Below, in pieces: positions 1 to 12,129 of a stretch of DNA of 64,000 nucleotides. The number at the start of each line of letters is the position of its first letter. Position 1 is the stretch's first letter. The notes beneath the pieces are model-generated. The model made no database searches and was not told where the DNA came from. It was given only the letters and a program-made list of their open reading frames with translations. The stretch lies in the NCBI RefSeq assembly GCF_016432865.1, contig NC_067399.1, forward strand, positions 75,950,001 to 76,014,000, read 5' to 3'. A program made the translations under genes and the position numbers. The stretch is from Antechinus flavipes. Its lineage: Eukaryota.

Positions 1-3000
1 TTAGAAAAATATTAGATTAGATTATCTGGTTTCTTTAAAACTTTTCAGACCTGTATTAGGTAAATAAAATTTGTTCATTAGCTCCTCATAAAGCTCTGAT
101 GGTAAGACAAATACTTCAAAGATGTGCCTAATGTGTATGAAGGCATCTTCTTCCAACTGTATTCTTAGAAGTTCTATCCTATTTCATTTGTAGTTGATGC
201 AAAAATATATGCAAAGTAAAAGTTAAATCTGTAGGATAAAGAGCCTCAATAAGTGGGAGGATCTCAAATAATTTCTTGGACGAAGTGGCACATGAATTGT
301 TCTCTTAAGAAACTTGGAATTCTGTGGAAAGAGGAAGAAAAGCATTCTAGACATGAGGGACAGCTAGACCCATGGGAGTGAAATTTGAATGTTTTGAGGA
401 AAAATTAATTAATTAGTCACTGAAGATTCTATCCAATATTTTTAAACTGTTTTAACTCTGGTTAATTGACATTCAAATCATTGGATAGCTATAGGTATGT
501 TATTAAATGTCCAGAATCTATCAAAATATTTTGGCAAAATTGTCCTTTTAAATTTTATTTATTTTTTATTACCCAGCCACATATCACTACCATGAAATGC
601 TTCTCTTAGAAATTGTATCTGATTTTTGTTAAGTAGCTCTGACCATACCATATTATTAAGCATTCTAAGGATCCCAATGACATGACTGCTTCCTTTCCCA
701 ACAAATCATGATCCCTCTACTTTTAAGCACAGCCATCCAGAATGCAGGATATCCCCCATCTCATAAGGAAATAATACAGTATGACTTTTAATAAAGTTAT
801 CATAGCCAACACTGAATTTTGTGATTCATGGAATTATAGGAACTTGTTCCTCTTCCTGAGTTACTCTAATGATCTGTATATCCCATTATTCCCTCTCTAT
901 TAACATAATAGGCTTATTTAAAGTAATAAATAAGAGTATTAATAATAATAATATCTCACATTTCTATAGTACTTCTACATAACAGTTTTAAAATAAAACT
1001 TATAAAGCACTTTTTTTTTACCAAAATGGACTCATGAAGTGGATAGAATGCATAAACGTAATTATTAGAGTATATATATATCTTCATTTTGTATATAACT
1101 AGTCAAAATTGTAGAAAAAACATAAAGCTGATTAGAGAACAGAGTGATAACAATCAAGGAAAAAAGAACTCTGGAAGTTTTGCTTTGTGAATTATTATAC
1201 CAGTAATAATTGTCAGGGGAAGACTGGGGACTTCTAGAGATTAAATCTAACAGTCCTAAAAAGCTGGAGGACCAAATGACCCTACTATAGAGATGATAAC
1301 CATAAGGGATGACAAAAATAAGAGAAAGAACTCTTTTTAAATTGATTCATTGTCTATACCTTCCACCTTCTTTAATCAATAGAAAGATATGTCTCAAAAT
1401 AGGAACTGAGATAGCTGGATGGATGGATGATGGATGGGAGACATAAAGTATGGAAGAAAGAAGGGAGAAAAAGTGAGTTGCTATCCTGCCTGTTTCCTCC
1501 ATCCCAAAACCTATTTTAATCCACATCTCCCTAGTAATTAGAGAGGGTGGAGAAGAATAGGAAGGAGTATATGGAGACTATTCTTTATAGTTCCCTACTC
1601 TTTAATATAAACATTTAGTCAAATCATCAAAAAATTATTTAAATAATTTAAATAACTATCTTTTATTAAATAAATGTATTGGTTATTAAATATAATTATT
1701 TAAACTTATTAAGTATTTGTTGATACATATGCTTCCACATTATATATATTTACATAATTACTATTTATGAGACTGATGATTTCTTATTGAAGAGTAATGT
1801 ATCTCTCCTTTTCACAAAATTTTTTTGTGAATTATGAATATCATTTTCACAAAAGGAAAAGTCCCTCAATATGGTGATAAATAGGAGATATGTATTACCT
1901 GTTATACTTGTTCTTTTTTTCTGTATCTACCTCCTTAATAAGATCCATAAAACAAGAGAGTTAAAAAAAAAAGTATAGCATAATTCATCAGGTTCTAAGA
2001 ATGTTTAATACCACTTTTACAGGCACAATACCAGTTATTCTAGTCCTCATCTTTGAACTTAACATTTTTCTATTTAGAATCTCATAATTTAAGAATAAAA
2101 AGCAAAGATCTGAAAAAGAATGTTTGAAGAAAAAAATTTAAGCAAACTTTACAAAGTAATAATTTTACATAAAAAACTTTGTTTTTTTAAAAAAAACTTT
2201 TATCTTCTTTATTGAGACTATTTATACACTTAGACATTACAACCTGAAGCTTGATACATATTGAGAAGTATCAAGCTTGATAATACCATTCTCGTGACTA
2301 GCTATATTCTGCAGAAATCACAGAATCTTCTGTGTTGCCTCAGTTGCATTGTCAGCAAGCATTTATTAAGTACCTTCTATGTGACAGGAATAAAGATAGC
2401 ACTTATTTATTATTTATTTATTATTTTATATATTATTTGTCTGTGTGTGTGTGTGTGTGCATTATATACAAAGCCAAAAAACACTGTTCCTGTCCTTAAG
2501 GAGTTCACATTATACTGGAAGAGACAGCATGCTAATAATTGGTCAAATACACAAATTATATTGTGTAAATAAAACAAAATATCAGAGAGAAGGAACTTAA
2601 GAATTCTTCTCCCAAAAGACTGATAAATTCTTCCTCCAGAAATTAAAACTTAAGCTGAGCATTATAAATCAAGGAAGCCAGAAGTCACATGGGAAGAAAG
2701 AGAACATTCTAGAAATTGGGAATAGTGTATATTAACTACTACTCTTTTTCATGATTGGAGGAAAAAAAAAATTTAACACAAACTTCCTTGCTGTAAGCAT
2801 GTCAAAGGACTGCTAATAAATAGTATCCTAGAGTAGTACCTCCAAAATCATTTTGAACAACATATACCTAGTCAGGAATCTCAGGAGCTCTTTCAGTTTT
2901 TCAGTAATGACTTCAAGTGATATTGAAATTCATTATTCTCAAGCCAGCCCTTTCCAATTTTAGACCTCTAATTATAAAATATTATTTTTGTCTTATGTTG

Positions 3001-3654
3001 AAAGAAAAGTATTCTCTTTGCATCTTCCCTATATTTTTCCTAGTTATATGCTCAGAGACAAATAAAATCTCTCATATTAGAAATTCAACACTTGAAGACA
3101 TCATAATTCCCAAACTTTTCCTTTTCCCAGACTAAACATTTCCATTTCCTTTATCTGATCTCCATGTGTCATTTTCTTAAGGCCACACATTTCTCCTCTG
3201 GGCATAAGCTATTTATTAACTAATGCTTTTCCTAAAGTCTAATAGCCAGAACAAAATATAGTGCTTTAGATGTGGACTAAAATAGAGTGTAAAGATAATC
3301 TTCCTTATTCTGGACACCACAATCCCCTACATAAAAACTTAAATTACTTTCCTTTTTTTTTTTTTTTACTGCCAAATCATATTGACAAACCATGTTATAC
3401 TTTTCAACCTACTAAAATCCCCAAATTATCCCAGGACCATTTCCTAGCTATTTCTCACCCTTATTTCATTTATAAAATTGACTCTTATTTTCAAACAAAG
3501 TATAGACTTTTTTTTCTACTATGATTTATTTTATGACATTTGGCCCTGTATTCTAGCTTTTTAGGAAATGTTTGGACTCCAACTCCCTTAATCTTCATGA
3601 TGGTCTTGACAATTCGAACATAGGAATAGGAACAATAGGAACATAGGAACAAGG

Positions 3655-4161
3655 GAAGCCTTCAGCAATATGGGAGCTGAGAATTAATAGACAAGCAGGC
3701 TGATTTTGAAAGAGGCAGAGGAACTAGAGACCAAATTATCAACATTCACTAGATCATGGAGCAAGGAAGGAGGTTCCAGAAGAATATCTATTTCTACTTC
3801 ACTGACTACATTGAAAATTTTTAATGTTTGATTACAATAAAATGGGGCAAATCCTCAAAGAAACAGAAATTTTGGATTATCTTACTTGACTCCTGAGATA
3901 CCCATATGTGAGTCAAAAAGCAATAGTTAGGGGAAAAAATTTAAACAAATGACTAGATAAAGATTGAGAAAGGAACGTGACAAGACTATATATTGTCACT
4001 TATTTATTTAACTTGTATGCAGAGTATATCATTTGAAATTCCAGCCTGCATGAATCAGAAGCTGGAAAAAAGGGTTTTTAGGAGAAATATCAGCAGTATC
4101 GGGTATATGGACAATACCACTCTAATACAGAAAGTAAAGAAAAAATTAAGAAGCTTGTTGA
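3655..4161 (+). mobile_element. BovB-like RTE LINE fragment (RT domain, degenerate)
   Basis: Degenerate translation follows the BovB RT pattern (QAGF.RGRGTRDQI.NI..IME..R.FQKNIYF.F.DY...; YLFNLYAEYI...; ..TTL..ESKE.LRSLL), interrupted by stops and frameshifts. Confidence 0.8.
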
Positions 4162-4453
4162 GGAACACTGAGAAATGAATGTGGACTACTTGCATTTTTG
4201 TTTTTCTTCCCAGGTTATTTTTACCTTCTGAATCCAATTTTTCTTGTGCAACAAGAGAACTGTACAGATCTATACACATATATTGTATCTAAGATATACT
4301 TTAACATGTTTAACATGTATGAGACTGCCTGCCATCTAGGGGAGGGAGTGGAGGGAAGGAAGGGAAAAGTTGGAACAGAAGTGAGGGCAAGGGACAATGT
4401 CATAAAAATTACCCATGCATATGCTCTGTCAATAAAAAGCTATGATAAAAAAA
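4162..4453 (+). mobile_element. 5'-truncated L1 3' end inserted into the BovB fragment
   Basis: L1 3'UTR with G-rich tract, AATAAA and A tail; 14-bp TSD aagaagcttgttga (4148-4161) / aagaagcttcttga (4454-4467), 1 mismatch. Confidence 0.85.
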
Positions 4454-4471
4454 AAGAAGCTTCTTGATGAG

Positions 4472-5305
4472 TAACTCAAACCAATATAACAAAAATGACA
4501 ATACTACCTAAATTAATTTACCTATTGTCATACAATCAATCTAACAAAAAAAGTTACTTTAGAGAGCTAGATAAAATGAGTAAAAAAATAATTCATCAAG
4601 AGAAACAAAAAGTTCAAGAATATCTAGGGAATAATTTTTTTTAATGTGAAAGAAGGGGATCTTCTAATACCAGACCATAAGGTATATTACAAAACTAGAA
4701 TCATCAAAAAATTTATTACTGGATTAGAAATAGATAGATTGATCAGTAGAACAGATTTGATACACAATCTAAGAAGCTAATGGACATAATAATCTAATTT
4801 TTTATAAACCCAAACAGCTGTTGGGATAAGAACTACTATATGAAAAAAACTTATTGGGAAAACTAGAAAGTAGTCTTGTTAAAACTGCATTAACCAACAT
4901 CTCATTAAGATAAGTTCTAAATGGGCACAAGGGAACATAAAGTGTAATATCATAAGTAAATTAATAGAACATGGGAGAAATAACTTGACAAATCTGTGAA
5001 GACAGCAAAAGTTCATGACTCTACAAGAGATAGAAATAGAGAAGTTCAAAGCAGTTAAAACGAGAGTTTTTAATTACATAAAATTACAATACAGATAAAA
5101 TTAGAAGAAAAGTAGTTTGGGAAAAGTCATTAAAGCAAATTTCTCTGATAAATTTATGAGGAATCAATCAAATTTAGAAGAATAATTGTCCAAATGATAA
5201 ATGTACAATAGATACTAATATGCACTTTTCAGAGGAAGAAATCAAAGCTAAAGAAAAATTGCTCTAAATCATTAATGACCAGAGAAATACACATTAAAAT
5301 AACTC
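4472..5305 (+). mobile_element. Old L1 ORF2 C-terminal remnant
   Basis: Similar to ORF2 of the L1 at 17300-18200 (KMTILPKLIYL-type segment onward); heavily decayed; boundaries approximate. Confidence 0.65.
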
Positions 5306-5767
5306 TGATACCACCTTGAGTATCTAGGTGACATCATGGAAGGAACTCTATACCTGGAATCTGTAAATCCTGAGTTTAAATCTGACTTCGGTTTCATATA
5401 TTTCTAGGTTTTATTTCTGAAATATGGTTAATATGGAAATTATTTATATTTTTTGTTTTTTATTGCCTTATCAATAAATGGAGAAAAGTAGCTCATAGAC
5501 TGAACAATGAGAGATTATTCACTAAGACTAAACAATCAGATAACCTCCATGAAGGTGGCATAGAGAAATATAATGTGTGGCTCTAATTAAAAATACTATC
5601 TCACTACAGATAAGAGGATGATCAGAATAAAGAATTCCTTCTAAATCCCAAAAGAAGATTAAGAATGTAAACACTTCTGCAAGCATTTAAGTCTGGCCCA
5701 GAGAGATCATCTCCCATAAAAGTAGAGGAAAGGAACTTGAATACAAGAAAATACACACATTTATCAC

Positions 5768-5802
5768 TAATGAATTTCTCAGGGACATAAGGTCTCCAGG
5801 GA
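5768..5802 (+). promoter_or_regulatory. OR1 promoter module: homeodomain site TAATGA plus two O/E(Ebf)-like sites
   Basis: cacTAATGAatTTCTCAGGGAcataaggTCTCCAGGGA; the same module recurs upstream of all four ORs. Confidence 0.7.
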
Positions 5803-5912
5803 TTAGAACACTGAAGCAAGGGAGACTCGGTAAAGGCAATGAATCATGTAGATAGCAGACAAGAGGACAGAAACAAGAAACAATATCCTAGAACCCCATT
5901 CAGGCTATCAAG
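5803..5912 (+). other. Predicted 5' non-coding exon of OR1 (donor AAG|GTAAGT at 5912/5913)
   Basis: Consensus donor conserved at the equivalent position in all four units; TSS unknown. Confidence 0.6.
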
Positions 5913-6017
5913 GTAAGTTGAGAATAAACTGAGAGTTTTGCTATCTGGATTTCTGACTCTTTAAGATGTAGATATTCCTAATCTATCTGAAGTCATTTCT
6001 TTCCAAAAGCACTCATT

Positions 6018-6020
<3 letters not shown>

Positions 6021-6056
<36 letters not shown>
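6021..6056. repeat. (AC)n microsatellite
   Basis: Direct inspection. Confidence 0.95.
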
Positions 6057-6060
<4 letters not shown>

Positions 6061-6949
6061 CTTATATGGTTCTATATAGTATCTCGGATAAAAATAGAAA
6101 TTCTTTACTCTAGTGTTTATTAAGGCTTTCCACCATTTGGTTCCAAACTATTTTTCCAGATTAACTTTACATATTTTGCATTCACATATTCAATACTCCA
6201 GGTAAACTGACTTACAAACTATTCCTCAAAGTCAACCTTTCTCTCACCTCTATGCATTCTCAGAATGCACTCCCACAATGCTTCAAATGCACTCTCTCCA
6301 CATCTTCAAATCTTTATTAATCTTAAAAGTTCTACTCAGGCACCAATTTGACTAAGAATAGTTGCCTAATGCTACCAGATATTAGCATATCCTCATACTT
6401 AGAATTCTTTTTCATTATATTGACTCATAAAAATGTGGAATGCAATGTCCTTGAAATGAGGAATTTTGGTCTTTAGATTTAATACACTGAATGTACATAG
6501 ATGATAAATATTTATTGAATTTTAAAAATTGAAATTTTCTTCTGAATGGCATCATTGACCCAAAACGAGATTGGGTAATTTACTTTTCCCTCTTCTTTTC
6601 ATTCTCTAAAGTTGTGAAGGTTTTGTTTGTTTTTTACCACCTCCCTAATCACCCGAATATCTCATAATTCAACTTCTGAAAAAGAAGAGCCAGTTTTCAT
6701 TGCCCATATGTAGATCAAGGTATAGGGAGAGGTAAAGAAGAGGGAAAATGAATGTCATGCTCAAGATTCCTAGCAGCAATCCCTCAATGGTGGAAGCCAT
6801 CTCAGACAAGGATCTATAGGTCCATAGCAGAAAACTAACACAAATGTCATGCTTCATCATAGGCCATGCATTAGTGGTGACATCTACTTCCAGACACTAT
6901 AATGATTTCTCTGGGGTCAATTCACTCGGGAAATTGAAAGTCATAGTAT

Positions 6950-7230
6950 AATAAGAATGATAAATAGCTAATGTTTACATAGTTCCTAATATGTGCTAGG
7001 CACCATACTAAGCACTTTACAATTATTATCTCATTGGATCCTAGCAATACCCAAAGAAAGTAGGTGCTATAATTCTGTCCCTTCACAGATGAGGAACCTG
7101 AGTCAAACAGAGGTTAAGTGATTTGATTTGGTCAACAAAGGTCACACAGCTAGTCAGTGTTTGGAACAACAATGGAACTTAGGTCTTCCTGACTACAGCC
7201 CAGCACTCTTTCCACTGCACCACATAGCTA
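6950..7230 (+). mobile_element. MIR/CORE-SINE
   Basis: cagatgaggaacctgagtcaaacagaggttaagtga...ggtcacacagctagt core; paralogous copies near 23950-24170 and 38140-38350. Confidence 0.65.
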
Positions 7231-10200
7231 TCTGAGTCACAACTATCTGAGAACAGCTAACTGTCCTAGATGAGTTCAAGTCACCAGGAATAAATGAACA
7301 ATTTTATAGGAGAGTTAATGATGAGATTTCTTAACTACTTCAAAGATTCACAGTTGAACAGGAGTCTTGTTACTGAGATAGAGAAGACCAAATGCCCCAA
7401 TCTTCACTACAGAAAAAAAAATTGGATTTTTCAAACCAGAAGCCAATAGGTTTCAATTTAGTTCCAAGATTAAGAGGAGAGCCTTAATAGAGAGATGATT
7501 CCTCAACACATAGTAAAATCCACATTTACTATACCACTACATAGGTTCATCAAAAGCAAATCAAAACACCAGCTTAATCCTACTTTATTTGTGATAGATT
7601 TCCTAAAAGATTAAAAGAAGGAAAAACTGCAAGCATAGTAAGCTCAGATTTCAGCAGGTTATCCGACACAGCCTCTCAAAATATGGATTATATCTGAAAT
7701 GTCAAATTCATTCCAGGGACATGTAACTCTCAGAGTACTCATTGATGAACCAATATGAATTTATAGGACAGTTTCTAAGATGCTCCCCCAGGCTCTTTTC
7801 TTTGGTCCTGTTCTATTCAACATTTTTAGTAGTAACATGAATGAAAACATAGGCAACAGGTTAGGATTTTTTCATCTAAAATGTCATAACAGGGTATAAG
7901 ATTGATTTAAAGCAATAAATAGAAGTTTTATAGGGATACATGTCTTTCTTGCATATTCATTCAAAAGATGAATTGCACAGATTACACATATACATTGTGG
8001 AAAAGAGAGATAAAAAGCACATCATACACTAACTAACTTAAGATACTATGTTTCTGCAAACATTTATTCATATGAATACATTGTAAAGTCACATGTACAC
8101 ATAAATAAATTTAAGTAAGAAACTTATTATTTATTATCATTTATTATTAAGTAAGGAACATACACTACAGTATGGTCTTACAATTCTCTACCTAGTAAGA
8201 CAATATACAATATTCTAGTTATAGCTTGATATTGTATTAAAGGAAAAGACAATGACAAGCTACAAATGTCCATAGGAGGCAAAGATGATGAGCAAAATTT
8301 TAAATGTGCAATATCACAAAATCACAAAATTTCATACTTGTAAGGCACTTTAGAGTACATCTAGTGAAATTCATAGCTGTTCATAAATTGCCTTTACAAT
8401 ATTCCCAAAAGTTGTCATTAACTTAAAAAAATTTTGGTCTTACACTATGTCATATAGTCTAGTTGGCTCATTTGAAGGCACCAGATATGCTTAATCAAAA
8501 AAAAAACAGATGCATCATTTAGGTAGGAGATCTCTTAACAAATGTTTTAAAAACTGTTTTGCACTGTGATATTTCACTTGCAAATTGACCCACAGTATAA
8601 AATCAGATCCAAGGAGTGAAAATTAAAAGAGATTTATTTTGCCTCAGAAGAATAATAATTTGTTAACCTATGAGAACTGCCTATAAATGGTATGAATTGT
8701 ATTAGGAGACTGCACATGATCACCAGAAAATTGGGAATGTTTGCAGATAACAAGTTAATAAGAAATAGATTTTAGTGTGTATTAAGTAGGAATTCAGATG
8801 AATCACTAAATGATAAGTTCTCTAGGATAGAGATGTTAAGCATTTATCTCACTCCTGAGTATAGACCAAACCACATTAAAAAGCAATTGGGAGATATTTA
8901 ACAAAATACATAAAAATACAAAAAAAAAAAAATAGAGTGAACCTTACATTTAAAAGTAAGTCAAAATGTAGCCTGCAGGGAACCTTATGTATGAATTTTT
9001 GATCCTTTTCAAGCTGAATTTGACCTGCTCTCTCTAGGATAGATTATGTACCTGTCCTAGTAGAGACAAAAATTAGCATCTACCTATTTTGTCGGATGGG
9101 AAGGCTAAGAAGAAGAAATTTAAATTTAAATGGCAGGTTTTGTTCCCTTTGGGTGCTGCACTTGAAATGGAAGAAATGGAAGATGGAAGGAAAATATAAT
9201 CCCTTTAAAAAAAAAAACCACATATGCTGCTACATAGTAGACCCTGTCTAGGTCTCTCTGAAGAACTTTGGTTTTGGTTATGCAAATACATAGGTTTATC
9301 TATACCGGCTATTTCATCACTTGCTTGTTGCCAGAGCACTTTGAGGTAGATAAAAAGAGTAAACTGATTTGGGTGATTTCTTTTGGTTTAAGCATTAATT
9401 GGATTTTAGTAAGGTAGAGATGAACAAAGTTATTGATCTTACTCTCTCTTCCAGAGTCACACGTTGCAGTGCCAAGGAAGAGCCAACACTACTGATGATG
9501 GCTCAAGATGAATTGTAGAATATAGGGTATCAGGGAAGACTAGTATCTCTAGTGTAAGAGCTGCCAATCACTTTTCAGAAATATTTTTCACCACTGGTGT
9601 CTCTCTCATCCACCTAATTCTTAACTGTGCTTCCAAGAAGTGTTTAGTCTGCACAGCAGCTGAACTGTAGTAAATCACTGGGCAAGTATGATAAACAAGA
9701 TTGAGGGCAACTGAGAGATCTAAAAGCACTCACTGAGTTAGGAAGGTGTCTTAAATATCTCTGAATACTTCCCACAGTGGGCAGAAAAGAACAATTTATT
9801 ACAACAATCATGAAAGCAGCTGAAGCTAGTTCTATGGAGCTCTTTGAGCTTGGTTAGACATCAAAGAAGCGAAGGTTATCTGCTCTGCCCTTACTAATCA
9901 ATAAGAAGTTTGCTTGTTAATACCTTTGACTGAAAACTTTCCTCCTTGGCTATGTACTTGAATGAAAGTAAAGAGTAAAAAGAGACTGCTGTATTCTTGA
10001 AAGCTACTGGACATAGCTGTTCCTCTAATGTCTAAATGTGGTATATTCCCAAATCATGAAAGAACTTGACTTGTAAGAAAGCAAGTTAGGCTGATATCCT
10101 CTGGGGGACAGGGACATATTGAATATTTTGACAAAGAATAACTTGGAAATTAGATCCATGTAGTTAATGAAGAATATGGCAACTGTGAAGATAAGTAGCT

Positions 10201-10670
10201 GCAATATATAGAGCTATAGTATCTTCTTAGGTATTAAAATGAACTTAGAAGCCATCTTGTTGTCCAATTATAGGATTTCCTGCTAGACTATTTCTGACAG
10301 GTATCCAACTCTTGATTTCAATACTTCTGTGACAATTGCCCACTAATTAGCAAGACAGGGTAGCTCATTTTTATGAACTACTAATTAATGACAAGAACTT
10401 TACAAAGGAACAGGTGACTAGAAAGAGACTTGAATTAGGATGGTCAATAAAGAGGATACCTAAGTGCTAAGCCCACCTCAAACATCAGGAAATAGATCAT
10501 ATCACTTCTCCAGATATAAATTCCCTCAAGTATAAGAATTAGAAGTCATATTTGTTGATATCTTGGGTTTCTTCCAGCTCTGAAACTCTACAAATTCTGT
10601 CTCATGGACAAGCTATTTTTTACTAAAATTCCTTTTCAAAGAAATAATTGGTATTTTTGTTGTCTCTCAG

Positions 10671-11627
10671 ATGAAGCCAGTTCATGATGAAAATGGGAAC
10701 CAAACCATTATCTCTGAATTCATTCTCCTGGGCCTGCCTATCCAACCAGAGCTAAAGACCCTTTTCTATGCCTTCTTCCTGGCCATGTACTTAACTACAA
10801 TCCTTGGGAATATGCTCATCATCCTCTTGATCTCTCTGGATTCCCACCTACACACACCTATGTATCTGTTCCTCAGCAATCTGTCCTTCTCTGACATGTG
10901 CTTCTCTTCTGTGACCATCCCCAAACTGTTAATAAATATGGAGAGCAAGAAACCAGCTATACCCTATCCTGGCTGCCTGACCCAGATGTACTTCTTCCTT
11001 TTCTTTGGAGACCTGGAGAGCTTCCTGCTAGTAGCCATGGCCTATGACCGTTATGTGGCCATCTGCTACCCACTGCACTACACAGTCATGATGAGCCCCA
11101 AGTTATGCAATTCTCTTGTGGTGCTCTCGTGGGTCCTAACTACCTTTCATGCATTGCTGCATACCCTGCTCATGTCTCAATTATCTTTCTGTGATAACAA
11201 CTTTATCCCCCACTTCTTCTGTGACATGTCTGCTCTTCTGAAACTGGCTTGTTCAGATATCCACATCAATGAGCTAGTAATATTCATCACAGCAGGACTG
11301 ATTATTGTTGTACCATTCTTGCTAATTGTCACATCTTATGCTCGTATCCTCTCTTCTATTCTCAGGGTGCCCTCTATGAGGGGCATCCGCAAGGCTTTTT
11401 CTACCTGTGGCTCCCATCTTTCAGTGGTATCTCTCTTCTATGGGACAATCATTGGACTTTATTTGTGCCCTTCAGCCAATAATTCCACATTAAAGGAAAC
11501 AGTCATGTCAATCATGTACACTATGGTAACACCAATGCTGAACCCCTTCATCTATAGTCTGAGGAATCAAGACATGAAAGGGGCCTTTAAGAAACTCCTA
11601 GAAGGAAGAAAATTCCCAACTCCCTGA
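10671..11627 (+). CDS. OR1E-like: Olfactory receptor, family 1 subfamily E-like (OR1), 318 aa, intact
   Basis: Canonical motifs [47 protein letters not shown]; strong resemblance to OR1E ([31 protein letters not shown]); N-glycosylation sequon NQT; ATG directly after acceptor tctctcag. Confidence 0.96.
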   Translation: MKPVHDENGNQTIISEFILLGLPIQPELKTLFYAFFLAMYLTTILGNMLIILLISLDSHLHTPMYLFLSNLSFSDMCFSSVTIPKLLINMESKKPAIPYPGCLTQMYFFLFFGDLESFLLVAMAYDRYVAICYPLHYTVMMSPKLCNSLVVLSWVLTTFHALLHTLLMSQLSFCDNNFIPHFFCDMSALLKLACSDIHINELVIFITAGLIIVVPFLLIVTSYARILSSILRVPSMRGIRKAFSTCGSHLSVVSLFYGTIIGLYLCPSANNSTLKETVMSIMYTMVTPMLNPFIYSLRNQDMKGAFKKLLEGRKFPTP

Positions 11628-12017
11628 GACTGTGATACTGAACCTTCTAATATAATACTTTACAATTACAAGGAGAATGTATACTATAATAATAATGTAG
11701 AGACTAGAAAAATATCCTATAGTCTCCTCGCTTCCATTTTCCTCCCATTCGTTCCCACTTTTTATACTACCAAGGTATTCTTCCTTAAATCCTCTTTCTA
11801 TTATATCTCTGTTCTACTCAGAAATTTTACAGTCTTCCAAAATTGGCTTTTCCTGTCTTCTCTCTCCCTGTTCCTGTACTTACAACCAAACTAGTCTCAT
11901 CACAGTTCCTATTACACCCTTTCTCAAATAGAGTACTCTCTCCTTTTCTCAACATTCTTTGCCTTTTAAAGTCCAGCTTATAATCCCCTTCATTGCTATA
12001 GTATATATATTTTTTAA

Positions 12018-12125
12018 AATTTTCTGAGGCAATTGGAGTTAAGTGACTTGCCCAGGGTCACACAGCTAGGACGTATTAAGGATTGGAGGCCAGTTTTTCC
12101 CTCTCTCTTCAGGTTTGGTGCTCAA
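12018..12125 (-). mobile_element. Partial marsupial CORE-SINE (WSINE-like)
   Basis: Reverse complement of the 3' half of the SINEs at 57667 and 62618. Confidence 0.55.
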
Positions 12126-12129
12126 CAAT

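Noticed and set aside
8500-8530. Conserved atttag|gtagga in units A-C (also ~25625, ~39910) as a second UTR exon donor
   Set aside because: Conservation is explained by the duplication itself and no matching acceptor could be assigned; it remains a caveat for the splice predictions.
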